Virus record (IMG/VR): IMGVR_UViG_3300013121_000020 | Location: 192,001 to 256,000 of that record | Length of the DNA: 64,000 nt | Direction: 5' to 3' (one strand) | DNA from: a virus | Taxonomy: Duplodnaviria; Caudoviricetes | Shown here: positions 61,824-64,000 of the stretch, one piece after another | Layout of the letters: every line of letters starts with the position of its first letter | Numbering within the stretch: the first letter of the stretch is position 1 | Notes under the pieces: model-generated | The model's database searches: none | What the model saw: only the letters and a program-made list of their open reading frames with translations | Told to the model about the DNA's origin: nothing | Position numbers and translations under genes: made by a program

Positions 61824-62138
61824 GTGAACCAACCAGTGCAGATCGGTATTTTGAATGATGGTGATGAACTTACTGTTCGCATCAGTAAGTATGGGCCAAA
61901 AGAGACGGCGGAGAAGATTGCTGGCTATTTTTATCACTTTTCGACGGATGAGGAGACAACGGCGATTATGGAAGGTCCCGATGGTGGGTACACGGTCGAA
62001 ATGACCTGCAATGACGACACCCACGATCTTGCGGTGGTTCGCCCATTTACTCCTGAGAATGTGGCGAAGGCACTCAAGGAAGCCGATTATGGTTACGATC
62101 ACAATTTGTGTGAAGCTGGTGTGCTGCTGGATGCGTGA
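61824..62138 (+). CDS. Hypothetical protein
   Basis: AGGAG RBS; motif promoter at 61770. Confidence 0.6.
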   Translation: MNQPVQIGILNDGDELTVRISKYGPKETAEKIAGYFYHFSTDEETTAIMEGPDGGYTVEMTCNDDTHDLAVVRPFTPENVAKALKEADYGYDHNLCEAGVLLDA

Positions 62139-62210
62139 TTTACGGCGGGTTGAGGCCCGCCACAGTCTTGTGGGACGGGGATTCTGGGAGCTTTTTTAAG
62201 GGGGGTTGAG

Positions 62211-62561
62211 ATGAGCGCTACGATGGAACCGAAGGTCAAGAAGCAGAAGATCGAGAAGCCGATGGTCGCCTGCTGGTGCGGGTGTGGGGGACAAACGCGG
62301 TCGCGATTCGTGCCCGGTCACGACTCTCGCTTCCACGGCTGGGCCAAGAAAGTGGCTCGCGGCCAACTCGATACGGAAGTGACGTTGGCTGGTTTGGCCC
62401 ACGACGAGGCTCGTGAGGAGTTCAAAAAGATGGTCACTCACGAGCTACCAAAGGTGGCGAAGTGGAAGGCCGAGGAGGAGGCGAAGGCTGCTCGAAAGGC
62501 GGCGAAGGAAGAGGCCGCTGCTGCGAAGGCTGCGAATGAAGTTGTGGATGAAGTCTCGTGA
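62211..62561 (+). CDS. Small protein with a CxCGCG..F.PGHD metal-binding motif
   Basis: CWCGCGGQTRSRFVPGHDSR; Lys/Ala-rich tail. Confidence 0.65.
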   Translation: MSATMEPKVKKQKIEKPMVACWCGCGGQTRSRFVPGHDSRFHGWAKKVARGQLDTEVTLAGLAHDEAREEFKKMVTHELPKVAKWKAEEEAKAARKAAKEEAAAAKAANEVVDEVS

Positions 62562-62691
62562 GTCATCCCCTGGGGCGGCAAGGTGCTGGGTGCCTTGCCG
62601 CCTCCCCCTATGTTTTCAACATGTAAATCGCCTACGGTTTACGGTGAGTTGAGGCCCGCCACAGATTAGTGCTTAAAATCTTGGAGATGAC

Positions 62692-63060
62692 ATGAACAAT
62701 GCAAAGTATGTTGAAGTCGTGACGATGGTGGAACACCCAGGCGGATATGATGGTGGGGAGTTCGAGCACATTGAAACGTTTGGAATAGATGAGAAAGGTG
62801 CGTTATTTTACGCTACTGATTATCCGAACTGTCCAACGGATGTGTTTACTGACAGCTTGAGTGACGATTTCGTCAATGTTCGTACACGCGCAGAAGCTTA
62901 TGAAGTTTTGTGCGTAGAGCGAGACAAAGCTGCCGCGAGAGTTGCAGTTCTCAATGAACTTGTTCGTGAATTCGAGAATGAAAATGCAGAGTTCATCGTC
63001 TATTTTGGCGGTGAACGTTACGATGAGTGTGATGATCCAACCGACGAGTGTGAGGAATGA
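62692..63060 (+). CDS. Hypothetical acidic protein
   Basis: GGAG RBS; motif promoter at 62638. Confidence 0.6.
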   Translation: MNNAKYVEVVTMVEHPGGYDGGEFEHIETFGIDEKGALFYATDYPNCPTDVFTDSLSDDFVNVRTRAEAYEVLCVERDKAAARVAVLNELVREFENENAEFIVYFGGERYDECDDPTDECEE

Positions 63061-63414
63061 GAAGGAACAGGCTGTTGGTGTAACCTTGGAAGGAGTAGAT
63101 CAAGTGAACAACACATTACCGTGGGTGAAGAACCCTGAATTCGGTCAAATCGGCCATGACACTCCCACTGTTCCGTTTCGTGATGGCGATAGGGTGCTGG
63201 TTGCAATTCCTATCGACATGTCTCAGAAGTATTTTGAGTACAATTTAATCGTTTTCGATGGTGGAAAGTTTCTTACGACGAGAGATGAACCGTGGCATGA
63301 GTGGTACTGGTCTGATGTGGAGAAGTATATCAGGCTAAATATGAGTGGTGATTGACGGGGTGTTGCTATCTGCCACAAGCGGTTCTGTGAGTCATTCACA
63401 TAGGGGGCACAAAG

Positions 63415-63774
63415 ATGAATAAGTTTTGTGGTTTGGATAACGTGGTTATCGATTCGGTGCTGCTGCGGCAATGGCAGACGTGTCTGTGGCGTGAAGAGCG
63501 TGGGCAAAGTTTAACGTTGCTCTCGATTCGGAATCTGCGAACTGGAGAGAAAGCTCATGCTGTTTATGAATTAGAAGTTGATAAGCGTGATATTGAGCAT
63601 GAGGCGCTTTATGTCGATAATGTTGCGGTTCTCGATGGTGAGAACCTTGATGATATCGGTATGTATTCGCAAGATCTTACGAATGTTGGTGAAAATCCAC
63701 CGTCAATGCGGACTGATGAGATTGATGAATTGCTTGCTGAGTGTTGGGAAGGTGAAGCGATTATCAGCAGTTAA
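63415..63774 (+). CDS. Hypothetical acidic protein
   Basis: RBS; flanked by near-identical motif copies at 63352 and 63795. Confidence 0.6.
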   Translation: MNKFCGLDNVVIDSVLLRQWQTCLWREERGQSLTLLSIRNLRTGEKAHAVYELEVDKRDIEHEALYVDNVAVLDGENLDDIGMYSQDLTNVGENPPSMRTDEIDELLAECWEGEAIISS

Positions 63775-64000
63775 GGAAAATCAACAAATGCTGATTGACG
63801 GGGTGTTGCTGCCTGCCACAAGCGGCCCTGGGAGTCATCGCCTGATTTCCAGGCTGGAAACCGCACACACGAGAGCCAATTCCAATGAAGTTGACGCCAA
63901 CTGAGAAAATTGATCTTCTGACTGCACTTAATAATGTTATACGGAATTCGTCGGCATTAGCAGCACTCGCATTGAGCCTGATGAGGCGCGGCAAGTATAT

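Larger units (their letters stand above)
28637..63820 (+). promoter_or_regulatory. Dispersed family of ~33 bipartite promoter-like motifs TTDACG-N14(15)-GCCACA
   Basis: First base of the upstream hexamer at 28637, 30205, 31719, 32893, 33680, 37055, 37254, 39648, 40032, 41454, 43114, 44593, 46041, 47909, 48496, 50473, 50914, 51424, 52406, 53939, 55343, 56268, 56665, 57208, 59126, 59788, 60319, 61174, 61770, 62139, 62638, 63352, 63795; all on + and at gene boundaries; several copies deviate from the consensus in one hexamer. Confidence 0.85.

Noticed and set aside
55343-63820. CRISPR array interpretation of the recurring 26-bp repeats
   Set aside because: Repeats are degenerate and separated by whole genes of 300-1000 bp; no cas genes
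1-64000. Prophage or integrative element boundaries, transposases, rRNA
   Set aside because: No integrase, transposase, att site, rRNA or host housekeeping operon recognised in the window

Overview
This window looks like 64 kb of a large (jumbo-type) dsDNA phage genome in the standard genetic code. The likely host is a planctomycete, inferred from a TIGR02996 domain, planctomycete-style c-type cytochrome proteins and secreted CAP/HEAT-like proteins. The left ~28 kb is AT-rich. It holds glycosyl/methyl-transferases, a baseplate protein, Gly-rich virion proteins, a radical SAM protein, a sigma-70-family factor and the most striking locus, 19.0-23.5 kb. There, two Y-RNA-like and two tRNA-like RNAs precede an operon encoding a ubiquitin-like protein, a Ro60/TROVE-vWA protein, a possible cryptic E2, a JAB peptidase and an E1/ThiF enzyme. 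The right ~36 kb is mostly small + strand genes. About 33 of these genes or units are preceded by a bipartite motif TTDACG-N14-GCCACA, and a second palindromic motif ATTTCC-N5-GGAAAT recurs 8 times across the window. The right half also has several strongly base-paired non-coding RNA candidates and a (GTGTC)22 microsatellite. An extreme A+C to G+T strand-composition inversion is centred at ~48.4-48.65 kb (candidate origin or genome terminus). All calls come from motif reading and manual base-pairing; no database search was run.
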